Assembly: GCA_002269645.1 (NCBI GenBank)
Contig: NIVC01000080.1
Location: forward strand, 273,427 to 337,426
DNA length: 64,000 nucleotides
Direction: 5' to 3'
Source: Macrostomum lignano
Taxonomy: Eukaryota
Numbering within the stretch: position 1 is the stretch's first letter; each line of letters starts with the position of its first letter. Positions 11,333 to 23,908 of the stretch are shown one piece after another. The notes under the pieces are model-generated. The model was not told the DNA's origin. It saw nothing but the letters and a program-made list of their open reading frames with translations, and made no database searches. The translations under genes were made by a program, and so were the position numbers.

Positions 11333-13297
11333 ATCTGCAGTCAATTATGATTTATGATAATCTGTTTATTGTGTACGTTTAGCCCAATTGACACTGCCAA
11401 TCAGCTTGCCAATCAGTTGCCAAAATCTAGCATGAGCTACTGAGAAGAAGAGATTCTATTGCTAAAAATTGTTTAAATATACCAGAGCAAAAACTCTGCA
11501 CTTTGAGTTATTCAAATGAATAGATTAGAAAGACATAGGTAAATTTATGGAATAACTTCCACAAGCTACATTCATTTTAAAAGATTAGTTAAAATGGCAC
11601 TAAGCTGCTTGTTTAAAAACTCACTTTTTAATTGACAAAAAATGGTTTTACTATGCTAGTTTTTAGGCTATAACTTTGACTATTGCATATTTTTCTTTGT
11701 TTTATTGCACCATTTTCTGTATTTATTAAAGATTCTATAGTAGGATGATTATGGGCAACATGGCACAATGTATTTAGCAACACCATCTTAAAATAAGGCA
11801 GTTCTCGTATCAATCTGGCTAACTCCTAAGCACATATATAATTGCACTAATGCGTAGAAACATATATTTATAAGGTATATGATAGCCCCATCCATATACT
11901 AAATAGACTTACTAATTATCATACATATACATATTCATTTTATGATATAATTAAATTAATATAATGTGGAATAATATAAATAAATAATATAACTACCATA
12001 TATATTCTTTATTTGTCAACACATTGACTTCATAACATAACAATTAAACTACAATTTTAGTCAATTCACCATGCATAGAATCAAATTAAGGATAAGAGAC
12101 AGTGAGAATCAGATATTGCTAAAGAGAATTGCTAAATTACATGCAAATCAAATTTTAGCAAATTTGCTTTCAATTATCACAACAAATAATTCAATGCTGC
12201 TTTGAGTTCTTTGAACCCAATTGACAACATAAATTCCAATGGTAAGATTTCCAAGCAATGTTCCTATAGCATATGCAGGCAGGCAAGTTGGGATATCCAG
12301 TTTGCACTTTGTGACCCTACTCAGCCTACCCACTTCTGTTTGCTTGAGCAAATCCCAATGCACACTCAATGAACTGGAAATCTGAGCTCTGCTAGACAAT
12401 AAGTAGATAAACATAGCCACCTTCTATTTTTCCATCATTTTTAAGTGGCTAACTAACAATAACTAGCTAGAGTTGCTTGCAATAGTTCCAAGCATCTATA
12501 ATGATATTCTATATAGAAATAATAAATCTTACTATTTTTGTAGCTAGAGAAACATACAAATCCTAATATCCATTATCCAAGATTTACAAGATATTATTTA
12601 GACAGATTCTATAGTAGGATAATGCTTATATGCTCTGGCTGAGAATAGTTACGTGACTACTATTCTGTCTAATAGCAAGTTATGCATGTTGACAATAGAT
12701 ACAGCCAAGTGAGTCTGTAGATTGTGCCAAACCATGCACAATTTAGTTTGTCTAGTAAAGCTTTCTACCTAGCTTGATAGCCTTTTAGAGTTATAATATG
12801 CATATGCTATTGCACTCTTGCTATAATTTGCAGTCACTTTACAGCTTTACAGTCACTTGTAACTATTTTTAGCAAACAGACAAGTGAGAACAAATAGACA
12901 CAAGCAAAAATAGCAATATTAATATTTTTCACTTTATTTAGCAAGACTGATATGTTTTATCTTCTAGCCTATAAATCTGACTAGACATTTTACCCCAAGA
13001 TTTCAGTTATAAGATTATAACACTATCATGTCTAATTTTATGTTGATTTAGAATACATTGTTAATTTAGGCCTAATATAAACCTTTGCTTTGTATAAATG
13101 GCATTTTATCTAACTTATTTGTTGAGCAATTTGTCTAAATAAATATTCTATATTGTTACATTTAAAAATAGCTTGATAGTTCAAGAAAAGTTTATTGAGG
13201 TTTCTAGAAAAAAAATCTTTTGTTTTCCTGACTTTATAGTAGTATTTTCTAAATTTCAATTTTATTTTAACCCTAATTGGACCAAGACATATTTATA

Positions 13298-14607
13298 CGA
13301 GGGTTGTTCGGAAAGTTTGTGGACAAACATGAACTATTGTTAAACAAGCAACAAAACTGAAAACCTTAGTCATCGACCTTCTCAATGTATGTGCCCTTGA
13401 GGCACACATACTTGTGCCAGCGCTCTGGTAGCTTTTTAATCCCTGCAGCAAAGAATTCTTTGGGGGTACTTCTGACCCACTGGCTGACGGCAGAGGCTAG
13501 GGCCTGTATGCTGCCATAATGGTGACCCCGGAGTGACTCCTTCATCCGCCCAAACAGCCAGTAGTCGCTCGGTGCTAGGTCTGGCGAGTAGGGTGGGTGC
13601 GGCAGCAGCTCGAAGCCCAGGCTCTTGGCAGCCATTGTTGCTTGGCTGGTATGGGGCCTGGCGTTGTCCTGCTGCAGCAGGATCCCCCTGGTCAGCTTGC
13701 CCCAGTGCTCAGTCTTGATTGCTTGGCGCAACTTCTCCAGCACTCGGATGTAATAAGCACTGGTAATGGTAGTGCCACGTGGAAGCCAGTCGATGAGCAG
13801 GATGCCCTCCTTGTCCCAGAAGATGGTGGCCATCTGCTTTCCAGCCGATGGTGCAGCCAGGGCCTTCACTGGGGTGGGTTCTCCAGCTGCCTTCCAGACG
13901 CTGCTCTGCATCTTCGACTCTGGCTCACTGTAATGAATCCACGACTCATCCCCAGTCACAATTCGATCCAAAAAGTTCGGGTCGTTGTGGTAGGCCTGCA
14001 GGAGCTGCTGACATGCACGGACCTGCCCGCGCTGCTGATCATCTGTCAGAAGCTTCGGGACCCAACGAGCAACAACTCGCGACATCCCAAGCTTGGCCAT
14101 GAGAATTTCGTGAACTGCTGTGGGTGATATACCCACAGTCTCTGCCAGTTCACGCACGATGATCCGGTGGTCGACATCAAGTGCCTGACGCACGCGCTCA
14201 ATGTTGAACATGTTGACCATGGTGGCTGGCCTTCCACTGCATGGCAGATCTTCGACTGTCTCCCAGCCATCCTCAAACCGCTGCACCCACTTGCTGACCA
14301 TCGACTTTGAAGGGGCATCTTCACCATATGCTGCATGCAACTCGCGAACAATGTCGGCCTGTCGCTTCCCTTCCTTCCATAAGAACTAAATTATGCTTTG
14401 CTTGGCTTCTTCATTTTTTTCCATAGTGCCAAAAACAGTGGGTAACTTAAAATGACTGCTGTAAAAAATAGCATAAGCATATTTGATCGCACTACCATTA
14501 AAAGTTGTGGGACATAAGTGCTGTCTATGGTCTGAAGTATGGTGACTTAACTGTCTTTCGTTTGGAAAAAAAATAAGTTTATCCACGAACTTGTCGAACA
14601 ACCCTCG
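13298..14607 (-). mobile_element. Full-length mariner element (irritans-like), 1310 bp
   Basis: The TIR CGAGGGTTGTTCG..AAGTT.GTGGA.AAAC is present at both ends, with TA at 13296-97 and 14608-09. It contains a transposase. Confidence 0.95.
13366..14424 (-). pseudogene. Mariner transposase with an in-frame TAG at codon 13 and D,D33D spacing
   Basis: ATG at 14424 gives MEKNEEAKQSII*FLWKEG in the same frame as ORF 13366..14340. Motifs: WVPKLLT, VTGDESW, QDNARPH, YSPDLAPSDYWLF. The last two catalytic Asp residues are 33 residues apart, against the canonical 34. Confidence 0.9.
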
Positions 14608-14649
14608 TATTAATAACCTAATATAATTCTGTTGTCTGTGTACTCCATG

Positions 14650-15091
14650 GGCAATCTTTTACTTTACTACAATAAATTATTTTTGCATTTTCCCAAACTT
14701 TTCAGCCTATCTAATGACTGACAAATGGCTAGGAGGCCTAGAGCACTATGCTTAGGCCTGGATGGCAGGCCTATAATGGCTTGCAGAATCATGTGGCTAT
14801 CAATCACCGATGTCATTTTGTAGACCCCAATGACCTGAGCATCCATACAAACACTATTGAGAGGTCATGGGTATGCGTCAAGGCCTATTTCAAGGCAATG
14901 CACAGTACTAGCAACATCCTATTTGATACCCACCTCAATGAGTACCTAGGCACTATCTTTTCTTGCAGCCAAAAGTGTGGGAACTTCCTATATTGGGTTA
15001 AGCACTACCATTGACTAATGACTTTATATGACTTTGTGAAGAGTTTGTAAAAATGCAAAAATAATTTAATACAATAAAGTAAAAAATTGCC
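14650..15091 (+). mobile_element. Internally deleted Merlin (IS1016/ISXO2-like) DNA transposon
   Basis: ~50-bp TIRs start GGCAAT and end ATTGCC. A degenerate 8-bp TSD flanks them (ACTCCATG / ACTCTATA). The internal peptide GWQAYNGLQNHVAINHRCHFVDPNDLSIHTNTIERSW matches the Merlin-type AY..L...H..VNH...FVDP...HTNTIE motif. Confidence 0.8.
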
Positions 15092-15282
15092 ACTCTATAA
15101 TATACTTTAATGATAACATATAAGTGCTAATATTACTATTAGGATTGTATACTAATATATACCAGAACAAAATTTGCTTCCTTAACTAAGCCAATATACG
15201 GAAATAAACTAATTGCATACAAAATTGCATACAAAAATATACTAGGCCTAGGCCTAAGATAGAAATAAATAAGACAAGCTAT

Positions 15283-16421
15283 TAGTGTTCCGCCGCCGCG
15301 AGTTTTGACCTCCGTAACCGTAACCGTAGCTGTAAGAAAGAAGCAACTTCCGTAGCTGAATTTTGCTGTCATTACGGGCTAAAAAAAGTCCATAACTGTA
15401 ATTTGCCATAACCGTAGCCGTAATGTATAACAAAAATTGATATTTTTGCATGAAAAGTAGGGCAGACAGAAAAGGACAGATAAAAAGGATAAAAGGATAG
15501 CAATAAAACCTACTTGTTGTTCGTTCATGCATTAATATTCATTTATTTTTTCATAAATATAATATCTTTATCGAAGTATTCTATAGCATTGTTGTATGCA
15601 ATTGTATGCTTGGTGCCTTTTTCAGTTTTCTGTGTCGTGATTCTGTTTTGTTTCGCTACAATATGAATATATGACTGACGTGCCAAGGTCAATGTGTATG
15701 TTTAATATCATTAAATAAATATATGAATTTGTTCAAATAAAACTGCTTCAAAATTTCCGATGACTAAGAAATTGCATGTTACATTTTTCATTTTCATTTT
15801 ATTGCATTGTCTATTGTATTGTCTTCTTTGGTTTCAATCAATTTTCAATCATAATTCATATTCTTATCCTATTAGTATTTATTTAGTATTTCCTTATTAA
15901 TATTCTTTCATCCTTATCCTCATTATCTAAATCTAATATCCTATTTTTATGCTAAGGAGCTAAATGCTACATATGGCTAAGAAATAAGAATGCCAGATTC
16001 TTAGTCTCTTGTAGGCTTTGACTGGCTCTCTCTGTCTCGCTGCTATCATGCTATCGCTATGCTATGCTATGCCGTATGCCTAATGAGAAAATTCGTGAAA
16101 AAATTCGTTTTTCATTTTCAAGAAGTTTCGTAGATATTTAGAAACTTAACAAATGTAAAAAATAATAATAACTAGTAAAACAAAATGAAAACTGGTTGAA
16201 GTTGATATAAAAAAATTCTTTTATAACACTAAACAGTTAAAAATAAATATTTTTTGTTACGGCTACCAATTATGGCAAGTCTAGAAAAATCTCCGTAATC
16301 CGTAACCGTAACTGTAAGCTCAAAATATGTCCGTAACCGTAATCCGTAATGAAAATACGGCTTCAAAAGTGTCGTAGCCGTAATTTGCCGTAGCTGTAGC
16401 CGTAATTACGGCGGAACACTA
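15283..16421. mobile_element. Non-autonomous hAT-type element with a perfect 8-bp TSD
   Basis: The TIR is TAGTGTTCCGCCG / CGGCGGAACACTA. The TSD CAAGCTAT lies at 15275-15282 and 16422-16429. Arrays of CCGTAA/CCGTAG subterminal motifs occur at both ends. Confidence 0.9.
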
Positions 16422-16520
16422 CAAGCTATATATTTTAATATTTTAGACTTGCAAATATTTTTAATCTTTGCAAAAAATTAAATAAAAACTTGTCTTATAT
16501 TTTACTAAACTATGTTTTTT

Positions 16521-16904
16521 TAGAAAGCTTAATATCAACATTTGAATATGATTGCAATTTCTAACAACTAACTTGTTAGAAGCTTGTCTTAAGCTACCGC
16601 CCCTGATTCTGCCTTTTGATCACTGGACAAGAATTGTGTACATTTGGTTTAATTTTCAATCTCAATCTATAATTTTCTCTCCTACCTACCTATGTATGTT
16701 GTTAAAGCCAAGTTGTAATCAATTGTTTTCAATCTTACCCTCCTTACCTGTGTACATTGCAAAAACTAATATTTAATCAATCGTTTTCAATCTCACTTTC
16801 TCAAATTGTTCTAATAAAATCCTGACGATGCACCATGGCGTGCAAAATGCGTTGAAGTTGTTAGAAATTGCAATCATATTCAAATGTTGATATTAAGCTT
16901 TCTA
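16521..16904. mobile_element. MITE with perfect 49-bp inverted ends including TA
   Basis: 16521-16569 (TAGAAAGCTTAATATCAACATTTGAATATGATTGCAATTTCTAACAACT) is the exact reverse complement of 16856-16904. Confidence 0.92.
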
Positions 16905-17102
16905 TTTATTCTTCTCGCCAAGCGAGCGACTCTACCAACATATGTTTTTTTCAATTTTATTTTCATTTTTAATTTCTTAATAAATTGGATATAATTTTTA
17001 ATTTTATTTTGGTAACTTTTGAAAACTATATAACTTTTGATCTAAATTTAGCTTTTTTATCTATGTATATAGAGATGAAGACTATGCCAAACATTGACTT
17101 GG

Positions 17103-17581
17103 CCATAGTCCAGATCATGGCCTGTACATTAACCCTATTGGCGTACATTGGCATACAACCAAAAAATTGGGACCTACCTATTGGCGTGAGTGGCATACAC
17201 GCTGCTGTTATTGCAACTTACAATGTAATGTACATAAACATTGGTATTTTTTAGGAATTTGCACGATAATTTAAAAAATGGAATTTATTTTAGAAATATA
17301 TTCACTTTAACAAAATATATTCCCATCTATTGTTCTATTGAATAATTTTAATATTCTAATAAAACCTGCTGCTAGAGGCATAATATATATTTTACTTGCT
17401 TGCAGGATAACAGGGATACATATAACATAGGTGTAACTGTATTTAAATTGCGATATGCTCCATTTTTGGCGTACAGTTAGGGGAAGGCAGAAAAAATTTG
17501 GCGTACATTGGCATACAAACTGTGGATCCATCAAGTTTTAGTTTGGCGTATACCCTAGGCCTACCATGATCCGGACTATGG
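17103..17581. mobile_element. MITE with 18-bp TIRs and a perfect 8-bp TSD
   Basis: CCATAGTCCAGATCATGG pairs with CCATGATCCGGACTATGG. The TSD TGACTTGG lies at 17095-17102 and 17582-17589. Confidence 0.88.
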
Positions 17582-19489
17582 TGACTTGGTCATTTTTGTA
17601 TACCAACTTTTGTTCACTGGTTGGGACCATATGCCCAATACCCATCTAACCTGTCCTAACTAGATAGGTCAAATGGCCATCGGCCAACGTAAGTCACAAA
17701 ATTGAAAATGCAAAAACAAAAAAATTGGGGAAGAAAGAAAGGAGAAGAAGATTAAAGGAAAAGAAAAGAAGGTGAAGAAAGAGAAGAGAAAGAGGAAAGA
17801 GAAAAAAAGAGAAAACAGCAAGAAAAGTCATATAAAATGAAAGTTAAATTGTAATTGGGGGAACTAAGTTGCAATTGAGAGGAACTAAATCATAATTGGG
17901 ATGAACTAAGTCACAAATCTGGAAAAACTAAGTTGCACTGGGGCCTGGGTGGGTGAAATTTTGAAGTTGGGCATGTATTAGGCCTAGTTGAAACTTAGAC
18001 TTTACTTTACTTGCTATTTTAGCCATCTTTGTATGCCCTACTTATATACCAAAGGGTATACTAATTGTCAGGCCCTAGCCCTACTATATGCTAATAGTAA
18101 TGCCAAATCCTTTTTTGTATACTATCTGGAATCTGGTACAAATGTACATATATCAAGTTAAATACACATTAGTGGCACTTCATTAATCATTGGTTGGTAA
18201 GCCTAGTCATACTATAAGTGTAATTTTTGGCTTGCCACTTATAGGCTGCTTTCCAATTGTGTAACACTTCAATATAAGGCTCAATTGCAGCCATTGGGTT
18301 GGTTATGGTTGGCAGCTGCTAGTAGGCCACAAGCATTTTTAGTAGGATAGAATTTTGAAATTTTATTTTTTAAACTTGGAAGATGAGACCAAAGCAGACT
18401 GTGAGACTGGGTGGCAAGGTCAGGGCCACCTAGTCAGTTACTATATAGAAACTATGCACTATAAATTATCTTTAACTAGACTAGGCCTATGCCACATATA
18501 CTTATAGTTATAGGCCTAGGTTATTATTATAGTTGCTAGGCCTATATTTAGTGGTGAAGGCCTAGCCCTAAAATAAAATAAAATAAATAGGTCTATATAG
18601 TATCTACTCGAATTAAATACAGTAAATAGAAACCCATAATTGAGTTACGTTACGACCATTAAAAAACAATTTAAAGGATAATTATATTTGACTATAACTG
18701 GAGCAGGCCTATTTATTTTCCTCTTCGTCTTTCTTCTCCGTAGGCCTATCCACTGGTCAGATGGTTCTGCTGATCGGTATAGTAGTAGTAGTAGTAGTAA
18801 GTTTGGCTCAGGCAAAGAGCCTGTTTTGCCAATATGATTCGATGTATTAAACATTTGTTCAAAAGGTTGATTATTTTTACAAGATCGCGATGTAAATTAT
18901 ATGAGTTACGAAGGCATTTGAAAGATCGTCTGGAATTTTTACGGTTTTTTCGAACGACTAACGACAAAAAACATAACGACAAGATTTTAAGTTGGGAATA
19001 ATAAAAAACAGATAGATGCAATTTAACGATTCATCTAAATGCGATTCAACAAAGGTAGTGTAATATTATTCTGTCAATATGGCAAACATCGAGTATAAGG
19101 ATTTCTTTCAATAATAGGCGACTTTTTGTAAAGATATGCAGTATTTGAAAGCGCGTGATATGTAGATAGTGTATTATGTTTTTGAAAAGTTGAGAGTTTC
19201 CGTAATAATCAAACAATACGTTTTAAAAGCTAAGGTTTTCAATTTTTAAGTCAGCATTTGAAACAAATTTTGAAGGTAAAGATTTATAAAACACAATAAA
19301 TTGGGCACAAAAGTCACGAAGTTAAGGGATTGTCTTCGAATATGTCCGTATATTTTTGTTTAAACATTATAAAGATAACAAAGCACACTCTGTCTGACTA
19401 TTGTACATTACGATTTCAAAATATTATATTTGCGAGTAAATTGAATCTTGATGTTTGATTTAATACTAACCACTCACACTTATTTCAAA

Positions 19490-19680
19490 AGTCTGGCAGT
19501 CAAAATTTGCTGGCAGTCTCAAAAGTCGCTGGCAGCTCAAAAGTCGCTGGCAATCAAAAGTCTCTGGCAGTCGAAAGTGGCAGTCAAATTGTGGGGGATT
19601 TTTGGCAGTCAAATTGTGGGTAGTCAAACTTCTGGCAGTCAAAAGTCACTGGCAGTCAAAATCTGGCAGTCAAAAGTCGG
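19490..19680. repeat. Degenerate short tandem repeat built on GGCAGTCAAAA
   Basis: About ten irregular copies of (T)GGCAGTCAAA(A). It explains ORF 19448..19798. Confidence 0.8.
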
Positions 19681-19999
19681 TGACCCCATAGAAAAGTTGA
19701 ATTATTATACTCAAATACAACTCATGTACATAGCTCGTAGAACCACCAGGGCAAGAAATTCGAAGAATCATAAAGAATCTCAGGGCCCGTTTAAATGAAT
19801 ATTCTATCCACAGTTCCCACACTGTGCTGCTGCAGTACAGCTTGCGGGGAATATACCATTTATCCACTGATTTATGTGAATAATACATGTAATTCTCCGG
19901 TAGCGGGTCAGAATTTAGGAGGCTTTTGAACAAAATTAGTCCTCGTATCTGGGTTGCGGAGATCAGCCCAGAGAGGAAAAGGGCGGTTGCTAATTTTTG

Positions 20000-20600
20000 T
20001 AGGTGTGCCAGCGAAAGTCGACGTCACAGGCGTCCACAGAGTGGTCGGACGGAAGGCACTTGGACCTAATATTGATCACCTTTGGCCATGTGCTTTATGT
20101 GCTTCGGACAAAGCAGCCAGTCAAGGCGAGTGACACGCCCGTTGATACCTTAAAAGATGGGCAGCTTTAGCAGAACGCTGCCGAAAGTAGCCATCAAGAA
20201 GAATCAGCTACTCCGAGGTGATGAAGTCGGTCAGGAAAGGAGAGTTGGCATTCAAACGTCCACATTGGTTCTTAACCAGCTCGCCGTCAACCGCAAGGGG
20301 AGCATTGAAATCTTCCATAATGAAGAGAGCTAGCGTCGCGGTCCGGTAAAGAGCTGCAGATCTGTCTCAGAGTTCTGTAAAGATCGACGGTGGTCTCGCT
20401 GTCTTCACTCTTTTGCGGGCTAGTCGGTGCGTACACACAGATGAGATTGATCCGGCGGTCTTTCAGGGTAAAGGTCGCGCGGCCTATTCGGTCGTTGATA
20501 AAGCTGATGTCGAGAAGGGCAGCAACAGCAGCCCGTGGTTGTGGTAGCAGCCTCTTCGCGGCGACCCATGTCTCATCCATTCTCTTCGATGGGACACGAA
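20000..20600 (-). mobile_element. Decayed APE endonuclease region of a non-LTR retrotransposon (RTE-like)
   Basis: Fragments across frameshifts read DRIGRATF..INLICVYAPT, then a MGDFNA-like motif, then LDWLLCP, then NIRSKCLPSDH. Confidence 0.7.
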
Positions 20601-20689
20601 TGCTACCCGTACAGGCCCCCACACCGGTCTCGGGTCTCGGACCCGGCCCGACGACAGTGGTGGCCGTGGAGTGCCTCGTTCCAACCTCA

Positions 20690-22030
20690 GCCAGTGCCTG
20701 CCATTGTCAACATCTGCAGCTGGCGCCTCAGCCGCTCCGGGGACATAGAGAGCAACCCAGGCCGCGGCCCTGCCGCCGCCTCTGCCCGCTGCGCCCTCTG
20801 CGCGCGGGCTCTGCGCTCCGGGGCCTCCGGTCTGACTTGCGCTGCCCCTCACTGCAATAACAGCTGCCACTGTCAACCCTCCTGCAGCAGAATCCAGCGT
20901 GCTCAGTCGTCTGCCACCTGCACCGGACCATCGTCGAACCCCCGCTCTCGGCCGAACCTACTGGGATCGTTGCCAGTGCACTTCCTGCTCCCATTGCGGC
21001 GGCCAACTCCGCAGGGGGAGCCACCTCCACTGTACAACTGACGGCTGGAGCGCGGCCTGTCACTGCGCTTGCAGCGAGTCCTCGCGGTACCGGTGCGACG
21101 CTTTTTGGCGGGGCCCGTCTCCGGGTGGCCGCGACCCGGACATCCTTCACGGACCGCCCGCGGCCTGTCTTGACGGCCGCCCCTGCCGGCACCCCCCACC
21201 AACTGCTGTCTTTGCCACAAACGCATCCGGTCCAACACCGTGCCCCTCCGCTGTGTCACCTGCAGTCGTACCGCCCACAAAGCGTGCGCCGGGCTCCACC
21301 GGATCAAAGCCAACAACCCTGAGGCTCGGAATTGGCATTGCAAAAGCTGCGCGGGTTCCGCGGCCCCTCCTGCTGCGGCCCCGGCTACCCCAGCCGCCCC
21401 GCCGCCCAGCAGCTGGACAACTCCGCATCCTTTAATGGAACGCGGACGGCATTCGGACTAAGCTCTCCAAACTCGGCGCAGCGCTGGCCAATCTGGACAT
21501 TGACGTAGCTGTCATCCAAGAAACTAAACTTCGGCCCCAGGACAACTTCAAACCGCCACATGGCTTTGCCGCTGTCCGCCTGGACCGCAGCGATGGGCGC
21601 GGGCCGGCGGGGGCCCCTCACGCTCATTAACCACCGGATACCTTTCTCGTCATTGCCACCCGCCGGCGCCAGTAACGCCCTGGAAGTCCAATCGGTCTTT
21701 GTCGACACTGGCTGCCGCCGACGAGCCAGAGCCCACCTGGCGGCTGCTGCCAGCGGGCAGCCAGCGGGCTGGCTAATCTACGGCGCCTTTAACGCCCACT
21801 CCCCCCTGTGGGACCCTGTGCAGCCACCTGACGCCCCCGAAGAGTGGCTCCTGCACAACAACATGACCACCTGCAACGACGGCGCGGCGACCCACGTCAA
21901 CCGCAACACCGGCGGGCTCAGCTCCCTGGACGTGAACATTGCTCATCCCCGGATGGCCAACTGCGCCGACTGGTCAGTCGGGGAGGATCTCGGCTCCGAT
22001 CATCTGCCTATCGTGGTCCAGTTGCAGCTG
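20690..22030 (+). mobile_element. 5' part of a decayed non-LTR retrotransposon (ingi/I-group-like): 2A-like peptide, two PHD-type fingers, APE endonuclease
   Basis: It reads RLSRSGDIESNPGR, then CALC..C....C..H..C, then CCLC..CVTC..AHKAC..WHCKSC. The endonuclease follows as LRIL*WNADGI..VAVIQETKL, GAFNAHSPLW and DLGSDHLPI. There are several frameshifts and stops, and no RT domain follows. Confidence 0.8.
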
Positions 22031-22089
22031 TATGGTCGCCCGCCCGTCGTGGCCTCTCTCAACCGCCTCCGCCTCCGCTTCAGATGCGG

Positions 22090-22330
22090 AGCAGACCGCA
22101 TCTGAAACTAACAAGACAGTGATGCAGCAGTACGACAAGTCCAAGAAAAGTCTGGACCGAATCAGAATTGGCTCGACTTTGGTTCTACAATACCCGACAA
22201 CAAAGCTGTGGCAACGGAGGGATGTGGTGGTGGAGGTAGGCAAACACCGCGACTACCTGATCAAGCTAGCTAGTGGCCTAATACTACGGAGAAATCGTAT
22301 CTGCATCCGGCCAACACTACCATGGAACGC
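22090..22330 (+). mobile_element. Gypsy-type integrase C-terminal fragment
   Basis: QQYDKSKKSLDRIRIGSTLVLQYPTTKLWQRRDVVVEVGKHRDYLIKLASGLILRRNR resembles the invertebrate Gypsy post-integrase tail (YD...L..L..G..V.....K.W....V.....RSY.V....G...RRNR). Confidence 0.7.
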
Positions 22331-23908
22331 CGATGATCTGCAACAGGCGACTAACAAGCTGGTGGGTCAAGAATGTACCAAGACGGACAATCATAGACTT
22401 GATCGGATCAGAGGCCACCGGAAAGACCTCGTGTTAGTGCCAGGTCAACAAAAAATATTCCGCCAATTCGGTTTCAGTACAGCCGACTGGGGCAGTCGAA
22501 AGTTCAGTTTCTCGAGTAAATAAGGAACAATGACTTTGTGTTGCTCCTTCCCGAGTTCTTGATGATGTTCCTAGAAATAGAACTCGCTGCTCCGGAAGTA
22601 GCTAGATAGCACCGTTGTACTACCTATCGATTTGCCTGAAATTGAACCTAAAACGTTAGCCTTAACTTGGTAGGGTTGCTGCCACCTTGGTGTGCGGACT
22701 CGACGCGTCGGCAGAGTTGTCTATCCGTCACCTGAAATAAAATAATGAAGTCGCTCGGAGCAAAGGCAAATCTGAAAAATGTCTCGACAGCCGATCGTCT
22801 TAGTAGATGCTGCTCGAACCTGAAAACCTGTAAAACCTGAAATGAGAGAGGAGAGCTCGGAGGAGGCTTCACGAGTCAGCCACGATGCTCCGCGAGACGA
22901 CGCAGTCGAACGAAGACGCTCCTGCTACCCTAGCCAGATATGCAGCTCATGCAGTTATGCCTTGTGCATGTAAAGTCCGTCCACCAACCTGTTACGGCGG
23001 CGTTTTTGACAGGTTCGTGGTCACGTACACTGTATATCATCTTTATGTATCATTTTACGTGGTCAGGCAGCTTTAACGATTGAAAATTTCATCAAGGTTT
23101 CTGATTTTACTCCAGTAACTTCTGCAGTAGGGTATGCGAATATTTCCATGCGCTGCTTTCGTGTCTTCATGCAGCGACAGGGGAGAGGCGGTCTGAAAAG
23201 CGTGATGGACACCGTCCCATTAAGACGCCTGATGATTTAGTCATGCCATTATACGGAGCCTCTCCAGCTGTTTCCTTGATTTCAAGAAAATGAACTGACT
23301 GAGAAGGAAGGACGCATGATATGAATTTAGACTGAGTTGAGTTTTGCTGAGATTTTAGAAAATATGACGCGTGCTGATGTTGTTCGTCATTGCGTAAAAT
23401 ATTCATATTAAGGATCTCAACAATGGTAGTCCTCGACTCTCTTTATTACATCCTTTGCCCATTTGCCCCCTGTGAGCAGGAGATACTCGTACAGAGAAAT
23501 ATAAACGAATACGCGGATATGCCTGCCGGAATACAACTGCAATGCGTTTCACATTGCTTTCAAAATACAGAATAAGCTGGCTGAGTTAAAAGGCATAGCA
23601 AAAGAGATGAAAATGAACACGTATACGCTTTTTCTTATATTGGTGTGGGGTAGACAAATTCTGTACAGTCATGGTCTTCATTGTATGCTAATGGAGACGA
23701 AGAATGCAAACTGAAAGAGAAACGACGTACTTGAGGTTCAATCTTTTGGTTTTATTGTACAATACCGTGCAGTCACGAGCAAACTTGTGCAGTCCCGACA
23801 ACTCACTGCAGCAAATGCTGATGCATACACGCATGACTATATTAAAAAAACCTAGATTAACCACATCATCAGCCACATCTAAAAGTCTATCGCGATTCTA
23901 ATCTTAAA

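Noticed and set aside
19790-19900. TVWELWIEY (minus strand) resembling a GCR1_C domain
   Set aside because: The motif is too short and the flanking residues do not continue the pattern.
22600-23080. Possible LTR downstream of the Gypsy fragment
   Set aside because: I could not identify a polypurine tract, paired TG...CA ends or a second copy.
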